A DNA stretch of 38,938 nt from a virus (IMGVR_UViG_3300033076_001279:1-38938); one strand, 5' to 3'. Counted from the first letter of the stretch, positions 24,567 through 35,237 are shown. Notes: generated by a model not told the origin, from the sequence alone. Made by a program: numbers and translations.

Positions 24567-25187
24567 ATGAAATTAAAAATTATTCAAGCACTAAAAACTA
24601 AATACAAACATTTAGGGTTTAGCGATAATGCTTTTGAAAGTGTAGCAGCTTTTTTAGAACCAACTATTTCAGAAGAGGAACAAATAGATAACTCAATTGC
24701 AGGGGTCGAAAGTTTACTGAAAGGATTTCAAGGAGAAGTTGATAACCGAGTTACAACAGCCTTAAAAAAGGCTAAACAAGAGCCTACACAATCACAACAA
24801 CAAGGGGGCGGAAATAATTCTACAATCGAACCCGACAAAACACCTGATAATAACGATTTGATACAAAGTCTATTGAAAAAAGTAGAAGCCTTAGAACAGG
24901 GTAAAACTTTTGAAAATAGAACTAAAGTAGTTGAATCAAAAATCGGAAATGTTCCTCCATCAATCAAAAATACCATTCTAAACAATTTTTCAAGAATGAA
25001 TTTTAATGATGATGAACAATTTAATCAATATCTCTTACAGTTGGAAGGAGATATTACAACGATTGCAGAAGAGTTTAAAGTTCAAACTACTAAGTCAAAT
25101 AGTTATATCCCTATGGTTTCAGGTAACTCTAATCCAGCTCAAACAGTAATTGATAGTGAAATTTCTGAATGGGCAAAAAATAATTGA
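24567..25187 (+). CDS. Capsid scaffolding protein
   Basis: Position, helical/low-complexity composition, FQGEVDNRVT. Confidence 0.7.
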   Translation: MKLKIIQALKTKYKHLGFSDNAFESVAAFLEPTISEEEQIDNSIAGVESLLKGFQGEVDNRVTTALKKAKQEPTQSQQQGGGNNSTIEPDKTPDNNDLIQSLLKKVEALEQGKTFENRTKVVESKIGNVPPSIKNTILNNFSRMNFNDDEQFNQYLLQLEGDITTIAEEFKVQTTKSNSYIPMVSGNSNPAQTVIDSEISEWAKNN

Positions 25188-25210
25188 TAACATTTAAAAA
25201 ATACTAACTA

Positions 25211-25795
25211 ATGTATTTAAAAAAGGAAACATCGGGATATGGAGTACCAATCTTTCAGACAGTTTTAGAAACTGCACAAGGTGGATTTACTCTTGAAACT
25301 GCTGCATTTACAGAAGGAGAAGTTTTAAAAGCTGGTACTCCAATTGGTGCAACAGTAGCAAATGAAACAGCTCGTAGAGTTACCGCAATCAAGACAGCAA
25401 AAGTTTATGAAGCTGCAACCAATACAGCAACCGAATTAAAGGTTGAAAAAGGTCATAATTTTAAAGTTGGCGAATATCTTGCAGCAGTAAAAGGCGGTAA
25501 AGCCTATGCTATTACAGTTGTCGATAAAACTAATGCAGCTTATGATGTATTAACAGTTGGAACTACACTTGCAGTTGCGTTGGCGGTTGGTGATGCTTTA
25601 TTCTTATCAACAGCCACTGGAGCATCAGCAGCAGCTTATGTTAGACCAATTGGGTTGCTTTACGAAGATACAGTTATCAAACTTGAAAAAAGTGTCGATA
25701 TTGTAATCAGAGGTACAGTATATGCAAGAAGAGTTTCTGTTGTTTCAGAAATTCGTGCAGAGTTGCCAAATATAATTTTCTCAAACTCTTACTAA
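25211..25795 (+). CDS. Head decoration protein
   Basis: Between scaffold and capsid genes; LKAGTPI, IGLLYED, VIRGTV. Confidence 0.7.
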   Translation: MYLKKETSGYGVPIFQTVLETAQGGFTLETAAFTEGEVLKAGTPIGATVANETARRVTAIKTAKVYEAATNTATELKVEKGHNFKVGEYLAAVKGGKAYAITVVDKTNAAYDVLTVGTTLAVALAVGDALFLSTATGASAAAYVRPIGLLYEDTVIKLEKSVDIVIRGTVYARRVSVVSEIRAELPNIIFSNSY

Positions 25796-25811
25796 AAATT
25801 ATTAGACAAAA

Positions 25812-26909
25812 ATGAGCAAGTTTAAATCATTATTTGGGGCATATTCTGACAGATTACAAGTTGTAGTTGATAACAGTAAAGATAAATTTGCCCCTACGTG
25901 GTATCAAAACTATTTTAGTTTTGCCCCACCACAACAATCATTAACTTACGTGCAAGCAATCGGACGTTCAAGAATCGAAGCTGCTGCATCTATCGTAAGT
26001 AGAGATGGACAGACACCGTTACGTTCACGTGATAAGTTAGAAAAACTATCAGGTGAAATTCCTGCAATCAAAGAAGCATTCAAAATGTCTGAAACAGATG
26101 TTCGTGAATTTATGATGTTGAATCAAACAAATGTAGATGATAACATCAAGAAAAATGCTATCCTTGATTATCTTTTCAATGATACAAAAAAAGTTGGCGA
26201 TTCAGCAATGAAACGACTTGATATTCTTTGTTTACAAGCCGTTTCAGAAGGTAAAATTTCAGTAAATACTACAAACAACCCTGATGGGCTTGTTTTGGCT
26301 ACTGATATTGATTTATTGATGCCTTCTACAAATAAAACACAGGCAGCAACTACGTGGGCTAATACATCAGCAACTCCAATTACAGACATTGAAACAGTTG
26401 TTGTTAATGCAAGTAGCAGAGGCTTGGCTTTTGAAAAAATATTAATTTCTTTTGATTTATGGTTGAAATTTAAAAAGACCGCAGAAGTAATTGATACAAT
26501 GAAAGGATATTTCTATGCTGGTAAATTAGGGAATGGGTATAATCCTACCGCAATAACTACGCTTGATAGAATTAACGAGTATATGCAAGCCAACAGATTG
26601 CCAGTTATTGAAATTGTTGATGCTACAATTGGCGTAGAAAAAGATGGTGTTATTTCAACAATTAAACCATTCAACGCAAATAATGCTTCGTTTATTCCAA
26701 GTGGTAATTTAGGTACAATCAAAAACGCTATTGCAATTGAACAAATGCGACCAGTTGATAATGTATCTTATGCTACATATAACCGTGCATTGATTTCAAA
26801 ATGGTCTGAAAATGAGCCATTTGGTGAATGGACAAAAGTTGAACTTAATGCGTTCCCTGCGTTTGAAGCCATTGATTCTTGCCATATTCTTACTGCTGTT
26901 TTCTCATAA
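25812..26909 (+). CDS. Major capsid protein (lambda gpE-like family)
   Basis: 365 aa, position, TWANTSATPITDI motif. Confidence 0.88.
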   Translation: MSKFKSLFGAYSDRLQVVVDNSKDKFAPTWYQNYFSFAPPQQSLTYVQAIGRSRIEAAASIVSRDGQTPLRSRDKLEKLSGEIPAIKEAFKMSETDVREFMMLNQTNVDDNIKKNAILDYLFNDTKKVGDSAMKRLDILCLQAVSEGKISVNTTNNPDGLVLATDIDLLMPSTNKTQAATTWANTSATPITDIETVVVNASSRGLAFEKILISFDLWLKFKKTAEVIDTMKGYFYAGKLGNGYNPTAITTLDRINEYMQANRLPVIEIVDATIGVEKDGVISTIKPFNANNASFIPSGNLGTIKNAIAIEQMRPVDNVSYATYNRALISKWSENEPFGEWTKVELNAFPAFEAIDSCHILTAVFS

Positions 26910-26910
26910 T

Positions 26911-27225
26911 ATGACGTTATCATCGTTCATACAATCAAAGTTAGGTCAGTTCGGTATCGAGTTATCGAGCAACGAACTGACTGCTTTGTTTATTGATAAT
27001 TCATTAAACGAAAGTGATGATTACGAAACAACAAAAGCAAAAAAGTTATTGTATTCAATTATCCCAGAATTGCTTGTAAAACCTTCTATTTCAGAGGGTG
27101 GATATTCAGTCAAATACGATTCAAATTCATTAGTTAGTTATTATAATCTTTTGTGTAGTGATTTAGGTTTAGAAAATAAACTAATTAAACAACCAAAAGT
27201 ACATAACGCATCAAATAGATGGTAA
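26911..27225 (+). CDS. Head-tail adaptor (start ATG 26911)
   Basis: SISEGGYSVKY motif; follows the capsid stop. Confidence 0.75.
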   Translation: MTLSSFIQSKLGQFGIELSSNELTALFIDNSLNESDDYETTKAKKLLYSIIPELLVKPSISEGGYSVKYDSNSLVSYYNLLCSDLGLENKLIKQPKVHNASNRW

Positions 27226-27542
27226 AACAGTATCCATATACGCTAAAAAAACTATCAATATCAAATTCTATTCAAAATAGTAAAGGAGATTTTGAAGTAG
27301 TTGGTGGTGAAACATGGATAACTATTTGTAAGTGTCGAAACGAGGACGCAAATCAAAGGAGAATTTCAGTTAGTGAAAGTAATTATCTTACTGCAACACA
27401 TTTGATACAATGCCCAAAAGGTGTTAATTCTTTGGTTTCAGGTGATAAAATAAAAGTTGTAAATGAAGATGATTCAGTTCGATTAAGTGGTATTGTCATA
27501 TACTCAGAAAAGAAACAACTTCACACGCAAATTTGGCTATGA
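27219..27542 (+). CDS. Head closure/stopper protein
   Basis: Position and size. Confidence 0.65.
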   Translation: MVKQYPYTLKKLSISNSIQNSKGDFEVVGGETWITICKCRNEDANQRRISVSESNYLTATHLIQCPKGVNSLVSGDKIKVVNEDDSVRLSGIVIYSEKKQLHTQIWL

Positions 27543-27997
27543 TACAACCTAAATTCAATTTTGATGATGTCAGAAAAAAAATTGCTCGAAAAGTTAAGAA
27601 TATTGAAAAGGCAATTATTCAAAACTTAAAGACACTTGGTGAGATGTGCGTTAAAGTGGCTCGTGAAAATGGTAATTATATAGACCAAACAGGCAATTTA
27701 AGGAGTAGTATTGGGTATGTTTTACTTGCTAATGGTGTGATAGTTTCAGAAAACTTTCAATCAGCAGTTAAAGATGAGAATAATAATGGTGTTAATACAG
27801 GCAAACAATTTGCATTAAAATTAGCACAAAACTACCCCAATGATTTTGTTTTAATAGTAGTGGCTGGTATGAAATACGCAGCAGCAGTTGAATCAAGGTC
27901 AAGGGATGTTTTAAGTAGTTCAGAAATATTTGCTAAGAAAGAATTGCCTAAAATGATTAATCAGTTAGAGCAAGGAATCTATAAAATGAGAGCATGA
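27533..27997 (+). CDS. HK97 gp10-like tail/neck component
   Basis: YIDQTGNLRSSIGY, AGMKYAAAVE. Confidence 0.8.
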   Translation: MAMIQPKFNFDDVRKKIARKVKNIEKAIIQNLKTLGEMCVKVARENGNYIDQTGNLRSSIGYVLLANGVIVSENFQSAVKDENNNGVNTGKQFALKLAQNYPNDFVLIVVAGMKYAAAVESRSRDVLSSSEIFAKKELPKMINQLEQGIYKMRA

Positions 27998-28404
27998 AGA
28001 CAACGGCAGACCAAGATGATATTTTGTTTGAATTAATAAATGGGTCAGTATTAAAAACAGCTATTAATGGCGGAATATACAAAGGAGAAAGACCATTAAA
28101 TTCTAATCTTGAAGATATAGTTATTAGTTCGACAGTTATTAGTGATGGCACTTTACAGCTTGGAGTTGCAAACGTTAATATTTATGTTCCTAAGCAAAAT
28201 TTCAATATTGGCGGCAAAGTTCAAATACTAAAAAATTCAAAGCGAGTTGCTGAATTACTTGGTATTGCCAAAGATATTTTAGAAGAACATCATGGTGATT
28301 ATTTTTTAATGTGGTTATCTAATCAATTTGATTATGATGAGCCTGAAATTAATCAAACAAGAATAAGTTTTAGAATAGAGTTTAGATTTTCAAAAGCAAT
28401 TTAA
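27994..28404 (+). CDS. Tail terminator/completion protein
   Basis: Position; ANVNIYVP. Confidence 0.65.
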   Translation: MKTTADQDDILFELINGSVLKTAINGGIYKGERPLNSNLEDIVISSTVISDGTLQLGVANVNIYVPKQNFNIGGKVQILKNSKRVAELLGIAKDILEEHHGDYFLMWLSNQFDYDEPEINQTRISFRIEFRFSKAI

Positions 28405-28416
28405 CATAAAAATATT

Positions 28417-28920
28417 ATGGCAAATAAAACAACATTAGGCTTATCTAAAATTGAGATAGGCACAATTGCAAATGATGGAGGAGTAGCAACAACATGGGCA
28501 ACAATTGGTTATACTGCTGAAAATACTGCTACGCTTGTAACAGAAGATGGCACAACAACTGATATTTATGCCGAAGAAGTTTCTGCACCAATTGAATCAA
28601 TTACAACAGACGGGAAAATGTCATTTAATTTTTCTTTGGCTTCACCTGATTTAACTCAATTATCAACTGTTTTTGGTGGGTCGGTTACTGGTACTTCTCC
28701 AAATGAAGTTTGGGCTGCTCCTGACTCTACACCAACTATTGAGAAATCGTTAAAAGTAACCCCAACAAAAGGGCTTGTTCTTACTTTCCCTCGTGTTTCA
28801 ATCAAAGCCAAATTTAGTGGAACATTTACAAAAAATGACACTCTAAAAGTTGAAGTTGTTTGTACAGTATTGCAGCCTACTAAGTCAGGTACTAATAAAT
28901 TAAGTGCAACAGTAGTATAA
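28417..28920 (+). CDS. Major tail (tube) protein
   Basis: Thr/Gly-rich beta protein preceding the chaperone and tape measure genes. Confidence 0.8.
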   Translation: MANKTTLGLSKIEIGTIANDGGVATTWATIGYTAENTATLVTEDGTTTDIYAEEVSAPIESITTDGKMSFNFSLASPDLTQLSTVFGGSVTGTSPNEVWAAPDSTPTIEKSLKVTPTKGLVLTFPRVSIKAKFSGTFTKNDTLKVEVVCTVLQPTKSGTNKLSATVV

Positions 28921-28947
28921 TATTTTGAATCTCAAATTTTACCCGAG

Positions 28948-28972
28948 AAGCCCCTTAGTCGGGGCTTTTTTT
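28948..28972 (+). terminator. Intrinsic terminator after the major tail gene
   Basis: AAGCCCC-TTAGTC-GGGGCTT-TTTTT. Confidence 0.85.
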
Positions 28973-28980
28973 GTATCAAC

Positions 28981-29484
28981 ATGACAAATGAAGAACAATT
29001 TGATGCTTTACAAGCTGAAATAAATGAATCTCGTATTCTTATTGAAAAAGGCGTTCAATTTAAGGTAAAAAAACAAAGTTTATTAAAATATCTTTCAAAG
29101 AATCAAGAAAGAAATTTTATAATTCAACAGCCATTTTTAGGCACATTAGATTTAATAAGTGAATTGTTTTTAAAAATAAATTTTGACGAAGAATTAATAA
29201 AAGCAAATCCTCTTTCTGAATCTAAACTTTTAGTTAGCAAAACGGCTAAAATTTGCTCTTTGGTTGTTGCAATTTCTGTTTTGAATAACCGAATACTTAT
29301 AAAGTTATTTTCAAAAATATTGGCTTCATATTTTTTATGGCGTTTAAAGCCTTCTGATTTATTCAACATTGCCTTGATAATTAATCAAATCAATAATTAC
29401 GGGGATTTTACAAACTCTATCAGATTGATGTCAATAATAAGGACGACAGCACCGAATCTGATAGAGAAAAAACAAGCGGTTTAA
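28981..29484 (+). CDS. Tail assembly chaperone (gpG-like)
   Basis: Position between tail tube and tape measure genes. Confidence 0.75.
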   Translation: MTNEEQFDALQAEINESRILIEKGVQFKVKKQSLLKYLSKNQERNFIIQQPFLGTLDLISELFLKINFDEELIKANPLSESKLLVSKTAKICSLVVAISVLNNRILIKLFSKILASYFLWRLKPSDLFNIALIINQINNYGDFTNSIRLMSIIRTTAPNLIEKKQAV

Positions 29485-29708
29485 GTAGTCCGTTTGGCTC
29501 ACGTGGTGCTATATGTAGTCATTTTCATTGGACATATAAATATCTTTTATGGGGTATTAGATGGGGTATTGTTCAGCGAATGATGGCGGATGCCCCTAAG
29601 TATAATTTTGATTCTGACAATGATGGTAATGAAAATAAAAAAGTACCTAAAAAATTGACAGATGACAATAAACATGAATTTCTTGAATATTTAAACTCTT
29701 TGGCATAA
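29466..29708 (+). CDS. Frameshift extension of the tail chaperone (gpGT-like, -1 frame)
   Basis: Open -1 frame GLSSPFGSRGAICSHFHWTYKYLLWGIRW...SLA* ending in a TAATG overlap with the tape measure start; A-run GAAAAAAC at 29466. Confidence 0.75.
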   Translation, partial: EKTSGLSSPFGSRGAICSHFHWTYKYLLWGIRWGIVQRMMADAPKYNFDSDNDGNENKKVPKKLTDDNKHEFLEYLNSLA

Positions 29709-32700
29709 TGAACGGAAATAACGCTCTTGATTTTGAAGCAGTATTGAAAAAAACTGATTTTGATAAGTCTATTGCAGATTTAGAAAGAAGAATAATAGGG
29801 TTTACTGGTAAAACGGTTTCGGAAACTAAAAAAATAAATGATGCTTTTTCAAATATTAGTAAAGTAGCTGCTGGAGCGTTTGCGTTTACTCAACTTTCTC
29901 AATTGCCAAATCAAATTGTAAAAGTTAGAGGTGAATTTCAGAATCTTGAAATAGCTTTTACTACAATGTTGAAAAGCAAGGCACAAGCTGATAAATTACT
30001 TGCTGATATTACACAATTTGCTGCTAAAACACCATTTACGCTTACTGATGTAGCCACAGGTGCAAAACAATTGCTTGCTTATGGTGGAAGTGTTAAGACT
30101 GTTATTGATGAAATAAAAATACTTGGTGATGTTTCGGCTGGTGTTTCTGCTCCAATTGGCGATTTGATTTATTTGTATGGCACGCTTCGTACACAAGGAC
30201 GTGCTTATTCTGTGGATATTAAACAATTTGCTGCAAGAGGTATTCCGATTTATGAAGAATTAGCTAAGGTTTTAAAAATAAACAGTGCAGAAGTTGCGGC
30301 ATTTGTTGAGGCTGGCAAAGTAGGATTTAAGGAGGTTGAGCAAGCATTTAAAAATATGACATCAGCAGGTGGGATATTTGAAGGATTAACTGAAAAAACA
30401 TCTAAATCACTTACTGGATTACTTTCAAACTTTCAAGATGCTATTGATAGAGCGTTTAACGGTATTGGGAAAAGTCAAGAAGGTTTAATTGCATCTACAA
30501 TTATTGGTGCAACAGAAGTAGTGAATAATTATGAGGATATTTTAGATATTTTAAAGGTAATTGTAGCTACCTATGGCACTTATAAAGCAGCTATTATTGT
30601 AACAACAGCTTTACAATCAGCATCTACAATGAGTGCCGCTATTTCAGCATGGTTTTCTTTGGCTCGTTCAATTAAAACTGCTGCTGATGCCCAGGCATTG
30701 TTCAATTTAACTACTAAGGCTAATCCTTATGCCATTGCATTAGGGGCATTGGCTGCATTGGTTTCTTATTTGTATGTTTATTCTGATGAAACAAAGAAAA
30801 TTGTAACCACCACAGAATTACTTGCAGATGCAAATAAACAGTTTGAAACTAATATAAGAAAAGAACGTGCAGAAGTTGAAAGTTTAGTTAGTGTATTAAA
30901 GAATCAGAACGTTGCGGAATCGGTTCGTTTAGATGCCTACAATAAACTTAAAACTATAAACCCTGATATTCTTAAAGGTTTAGATTTTCAAGCCGCTAAA
31001 ACGGCAGATTTGACGAAGGCGACAAATGAATATTTGATTTCTTTGGAGAAAAAAATAAGGCTTGAAGCAAATCAAGAAAAGTTAAAAACAGCTATTGAAC
31101 AACAAGTTCAAGCAGAGGAAGATTTAGTTAAAGCTAAAGAAAAATATAATCAAATATCAAAGCAAAAAGTAAATGTTCCTACTGGTTTAGATGCTCGTGG
31201 AGGTGGTGTTGGAAAAGCAATGGATTTGGCTAAGGCTAAACAAGATATTGATAAGGCACAAGCAGTATTTACGCAAACTTTGAACACTGTTATTGACATT
31301 AAACAACAGACTGAAAAGATTTATAATACTGATTCAAGAGAATATCTGCAGAATCAAATTAAAAGTCTTGAAATGCAGAAAAATGCTATTAAAGACAAAT
31401 TAAGCCCTGCTTATAAAGAACTTGAAAACCGAATTGCAAGTGTAAGTAAACAATTAGAAATTAAAAATCCGAAAGCTCAAAAATCATTTGCTGAATTATT
31501 AGCAGAAGCTAATGATGCAGGTAATTTATTGTTACTTAAATCACAAGCGAAAACTGAAAATCAGATTGATGCACTATCTAAAAAGGTTGAGGAAAGGAAA
31601 AAAGACCTTGATAAATCATCTGCTGACTATAAAAAGTTAGATAAACTATACAAAGATTTAAACCCTAAAACTAATACATCAAGTAATAAAGAAATATTTC
31701 CGTATGGCTCATTGAAATATTGGGAGCAAGTAGCTAAGAAAGCAGAGGAAATAATTGGTAAAACACCTGCATCAAATTTAGATAAAATTAAGGCTCAAAA
31801 TGATATTAAGATTAAAGCCGAATTAGAAGCTGAAAAGATTAGGAAATCTTTGATAGTTCGTAGTTTTGATGAAGAAATTGAGTATAAAAAAACGCAATAT
31901 GATTTGTATCAAAAATGGGTTTTAACTTACGGAAAAGAAGCATCTGATAAGCAATTTTCTAAACTTGTTGCAAGTGGAGATAGTTATAAAAAATATCTTG
32001 AAAATGAGATAAACAAACTTCAATCAAAAGTAAATACAGGCACTGCTACTGTTGATGATAAAAATAATCTTATTAAGGCACAAGTAGCGTTAGATATTGA
32101 TACTAATAGCCTTGATATTTATAAACAAAAGATTATTGAGGCACAAGACAGTGTTGATACATTAACCGAATACTTAATTATTTTACAAAATGAACAGGAT
32201 AAATTAGGCGGAAAAGACTTAGAAAAAACTAAATTTATTGCTGAACAAATTGTTGAAGCTGAAAAGAAACGACAACAATTGCTCAAAGATTTTTTTATTG
32301 AAGCAAATGTACACGAACAAAAAGTTATTACTACTCAAAAATATTATGATGAATTAAGATTAGAACTTGACAAGCAATATTCAAATAAGAAAAGTAAAAT
32401 TTATTTAGATGCTTTAGATGCAATTAACAAAGAGGAAGCTAAAGCCCTAAAAGATTTAAAACTTGATGAGTTTTTTAAAAAGTCAGAAGGATTTAAAGAG
32501 CTAAATGATACAATAATTGGCACGGAATCACAAGTAAACAAAAAAAGAATTGAGCAATTAAAAGATATTTTATCAGAATTAGAAAAGGCTGGATTATCAA
32601 ATACAAAGGCTTATAAAGACTATTTAAAAGACCTAATCAGTTATCAGAACCAACTTATTGATTCTCAAATTTCAGGATTTTATGAGTTGGCAAATATTTT

Positions 32701-34063
32701 GAGTGGATTAGATGATAGTTTTTTTGGCTTAAATGTTAAAGCAGGTAGTTTTTTTAAATCAATTGCAGAAGGATTATCGTCAGCCCAAAATCTTGTAAAA
32801 CAGTATAATACTTTAAATAATCTTTTAGAGCAAGCAAAAAAGAGTGGTGATGCTTCTGCGATTTCAGCCGCTAAATTTGAGATGGCAATGCTTGGTGTTC
32901 AATCTGCTGCTAAGATTGTAGTTGATACGATTAACAAGACTAATCAAGCACTAAAAACAGGCAAAGATGCAGAAAAAGAGTATTACAATTCAATTAAATC
33001 GCAACAACTTGAATATAATAAATTACTTAATGAAGAAATAAGATTAAAAAGCAAAGCTACTTCTTATTATGTTACTGATTACAAAGGATTAGCACAAGAT
33101 GCTATAAAAGCACAAGCTGACGCATTAGAAAAATTCAACAAAAGTCTTACTGAACTTGAAAAGAAAGGTCAAGTTAAAGATGGAACTAAAACAGGAGTAA
33201 ATTTAGGCAAATATTTACAATCATTCTTCTTTGGCCCATTGCTAAAAAATCCTGCTGATTCACTTGAAACAAAAGATATTTTAGTATCAGTATTTGAAAA
33301 ATACCCAGATTTAATTGACAAGTCAAAGCAAGGTGTTGATTCTTTTAATGTTTCACTGGCTAAGAGTTTACTTGCTGCTAATTTGTTTGATGATGCAACA
33401 AAGCAAATGGTAGAAAGCACTATTGATTGGGTTGAACAATATAAAGTAGCACAAGAGCAATTTCAATCGACTATGCTTGATTTAACAGGTCAGATAGGTA
33501 ATGACCTAAGAAATGCCTTAGTTACTGCATTTAAAGACGGCACGAGTGCTGCTGATGCGTTTGGGAATACCGTTTCAAATGTTCTTGAAAACATAGTTTC
33601 TAATATGTTGTTTTCTGCTGTATTTAGAGATGCTTTTGATAAGTTACAAAAAGATTTTGAGGCTTCATTTGCACTCGGAGGAGATAAAACCTTGACAGAT
33701 GACTTAATGAAGTTCTACAAAGATTATCCGCAATTGGTTGAGGTATTTACGAAAGGATTATCGGATGCAAAAGCAGAAGCAGAAAAAGCAGGATTGGATA
33801 TTTTTAAAAGTACCACAGGAGGCAAATCGGGAAATTCCCTAACTGGTGCTGTAAAAGGTATTACCGAAGAAACAGCAGGTTTGATAAGTGGACAAATGAA
33901 TGCTATAAGAATAACACAAGCTACAAACTTGCAAGTCAATCGAGAACAACTTTTGCATTTAACTACAATAGCCAACAATTCAGGGTATATTAGGCAGCAT
34001 TTAAAAAGTATTGATGATAAGATAAAGGCAAATGATGGATTGAGGGCAGCAGGATTGGGCTAA
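29708..34063 (+). CDS. Tape measure protein
   Basis: 1451 aa; FAAKTPF...GAKQLLAYG tape-measure domain; extensive helical content. Confidence 0.95.
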   Translation: MNGNNALDFEAVLKKTDFDKSIADLERRIIGFTGKTVSETKKINDAFSNISKVAAGAFAFTQLSQLPNQIVKVRGEFQNLEIAFTTMLKSKAQADKLLADITQFAAKTPFTLTDVATGAKQLLAYGGSVKTVIDEIKILGDVSAGVSAPIGDLIYLYGTLRTQGRAYSVDIKQFAARGIPIYEELAKVLKINSAEVAAFVEAGKVGFKEVEQAFKNMTSAGGIFEGLTEKTSKSLTGLLSNFQDAIDRAFNGIGKSQEGLIASTIIGATEVVNNYEDILDILKVIVATYGTYKAAIIVTTALQSASTMSAAISAWFSLARSIKTAADAQALFNLTTKANPYAIALGALAALVSYLYVYSDETKKIVTTTELLADANKQFETNIRKERAEVESLVSVLKNQNVAESVRLDAYNKLKTINPDILKGLDFQAAKTADLTKATNEYLISLEKKIRLEANQEKLKTAIEQQVQAEEDLVKAKEKYNQISKQKVNVPTGLDARGGGVGKAMDLAKAKQDIDKAQAVFTQTLNTVIDIKQQTEKIYNTDSREYLQNQIKSLEMQKNAIKDKLSPAYKELENRIASVSKQLEIKNPKAQKSFAELLAEANDAGNLLLLKSQAKTENQIDALSKKVEERKKDLDKSSADYKKLDKLYKDLNPKTNTSSNKEIFPYGSLKYWEQVAKKAEEIIGKTPASNLDKIKAQNDIKIKAELEAEKIRKSLIVRSFDEEIEYKKTQYDLYQKWVLTYGKEASDKQFSKLVASGDSYKKYLENEINKLQSKVNTGTATVDDKNNLIKAQVALDIDTNSLDIYKQKIIEAQDSVDTLTEYLIILQNEQDKLGGKDLEKTKFIAEQIVEAEKKRQQLLKDFFIEANVHEQKVITTQKYYDELRLELDKQYSNKKSKIYLDALDAINKEEAKALKDLKLDEFFKKSEGFKELNDTIIGTESQVNKKRIEQLKDILSELEKAGLSNTKAYKDYLKDLISYQNQLIDSQISGFYELANILSGLDDSFFGLNVKAGSFFKSIAEGLSSAQNLVKQYNTLNNLLEQAKKSGDASAISAAKFEMAMLGVQSAAKIVVDTINKTNQALKTGKDAEKEYYNSIKSQQLEYNKLLNEEIRLKSKATSYYVTDYKGLAQDAIKAQADALEKFNKSLTELEKKGQVKDGTKTGVNLGKYLQSFFFGPLLKNPADSLETKDILVSVFEKYPDLIDKSKQGVDSFNVSLAKSLLAANLFDDATKQMVESTIDWVEQYKVAQEQFQSTMLDLTGQIGNDLRNALVTAFKDGTSAADAFGNTVSNVLENIVSNMLFSAVFRDAFDKLQKDFEASFALGGDKTLTDDLMKFYKDYPQLVEVFTKGLSDAKAEAEKAGLDIFKSTTGGKSGNSLTGAVKGITEETAGLISGQMNAIRITQATNLQVNREQLLHLTTIANNSGYIRQHLKSIDDKIKANDGLRAAGLG

Positions 34064-34069
34064 AATATA

Positions 34070-34105
34070 AAAAAGCTACTAAGTTTGATATTTAGTAGCT
34101 TTTTT
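34070..34105 (+). terminator. Intrinsic terminator (bidirectional)
   Basis: AAAAAGCTACTAA...TTAGTAGCTTTTTT. Confidence 0.8.
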
Positions 34106-34127
34106 GTTTATTCGCAGAAAAAAAACC

Positions 34128-34277
34128 ATGCAAAAACAAGAAGAACTTGAAGAATACCACAATTGGGACGAGAAAGAACACCCCTTTACTCCTATTGCTA
34201 CGTGGTTTACACGTATTCAACTATTAATTTACCTTATTTTAATCATTTTAGCATTTTATCACTACTTTAATTCGTAA
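34128..34277 (+). CDS. 49-aa membrane peptide (moron)
   Basis: Read manually: MQKQEELEEYHNWDEKEHPFTPIATWFTRIQLLIYLILIILAFYHYFNS. Confidence 0.55.
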   Translation: MQKQEELEEYHNWDEKEHPFTPIATWFTRIQLLIYLILIILAFYHYFNS

Positions 34278-34281
34278 AACT

Positions 34282-34545
34282 ATGGAAACACAGTCAGATT
34301 TTTTAGCCACTTATTGGTTTTTATTATTATTTGCTCTTGGAGTATGGTTATTTATTACAACTGCAATAATGTATAATATTATCAGCAAGGCATCAAAAGC
34401 AATTGAAATTAATCAAGAGGTTTTTAAGCAAACAAAATTTTTGGAATTTCTTGCAAAGAAAAACGGAATGACACATGATGAAGTTGTAGAAATTCAAGAG
34501 AAGTCGAAAGAAATTAAACATCATAACCCTTTAACAAATCCATGA
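34282..34545 (+). CDS. Small membrane protein (moron)
   Basis: N-terminal TM helix. Confidence 0.7.
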   Translation: METQSDFLATYWFLLLFALGVWLFITTAIMYNIISKASKAIEINQEVFKQTKFLEFLAKKNGMTHDEVVEIQEKSKEIKHHNPLTNP

Positions 34546-34626
34546 AATGAAAAAAATAATTTTGTTTTTAACAAATCATTACTTATATTCATTTAAAATT
34601 GAATGTATAAGTTTTTAATGAAATTG

Positions 34627-34657
34627 TTTGCATCGAATAAGTTAATTACTAACTTTG
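34627..34657 (+). promoter_or_regulatory. Bacteroidota housekeeping-sigma promoter
   Basis: TTTG-N19-TAACTTTG exact consensus. Confidence 0.8.
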
Positions 34658-34660
34658 TGA

Positions 34661-34846
34661 TGCTCAATTTCAACAGGCAGAGATGCCTAATCATTATTTA
34701 GGCTTTTTTTTGTGCCTACATTTATTATTTGATACCTATAACGGTGTCGTTACTATCGTATAATGGTTTGAACACCATTGCCTGTTGAGGTTGAGCAATA
34801 CGGAAAGTGCGACACCGTTTTTTGTTGCACACAACTAAATGCTCAA
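34661..34846 (+). ncRNA. C4-like antisense RNA/structured leader of the antirepressor operon
   Basis: Stem AACGGTGTCG(34740)/CGACACCGTT(34810) enclosing TGCCTGTTGA-GG-TTGAGCA, which is complementary to 34661-34679 and in part to TGCTCAA at 34840. Confidence 0.65.
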
Positions 34847-34854
34847 TAACAAGT

Positions 34855-35181
34855 ATGTCAAATCAAGTAAAACTACAACCGTTACCTTACGAGGATGTGA
34901 AGGTAAACGGAACCAGCCACGAAATCGGTGGTAATTTCAACATTGACAATGCCTTATCTGCTTACAAGGCAATGCAAGAAATCGAATTGTTTAACAAAGC
35001 CTACGTGCATTACCACGATTCGGAAAATAATATCAACTTTCATATTGATATGTTGATTGCTCTACAACCTAACTACGAACACGTATTATTGTTCTTAAAA
35101 TCTATTTATCGGAAGTATGATTCATGGCAAAAAAATGGTGTCAAAAACCAAGTTATGCCGTATCGAATACTTGAAAACTAA
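34855..35181 (+). CDS. Hypothetical protein upstream of the antirepressor (start probably ATG 34855)
   Basis: Track start lies inside the RNA stem; ATG 34855 is more plausible. Confidence 0.65.
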   Translation: MSNQVKLQPLPYEDVKVNGTSHEIGGNFNIDNALSAYKAMQEIELFNKAYVHYHDSENNINFHIDMLIALQPNYEHVLLFLKSIYRKYDSWQKNGVKNQVMPYRILEN

Positions 35182-35237
35182 GTATTTGAAAATTGAAAGT
35201 TTTTTACTATCTTCTAATGTTTTTAATTACAAATAAT

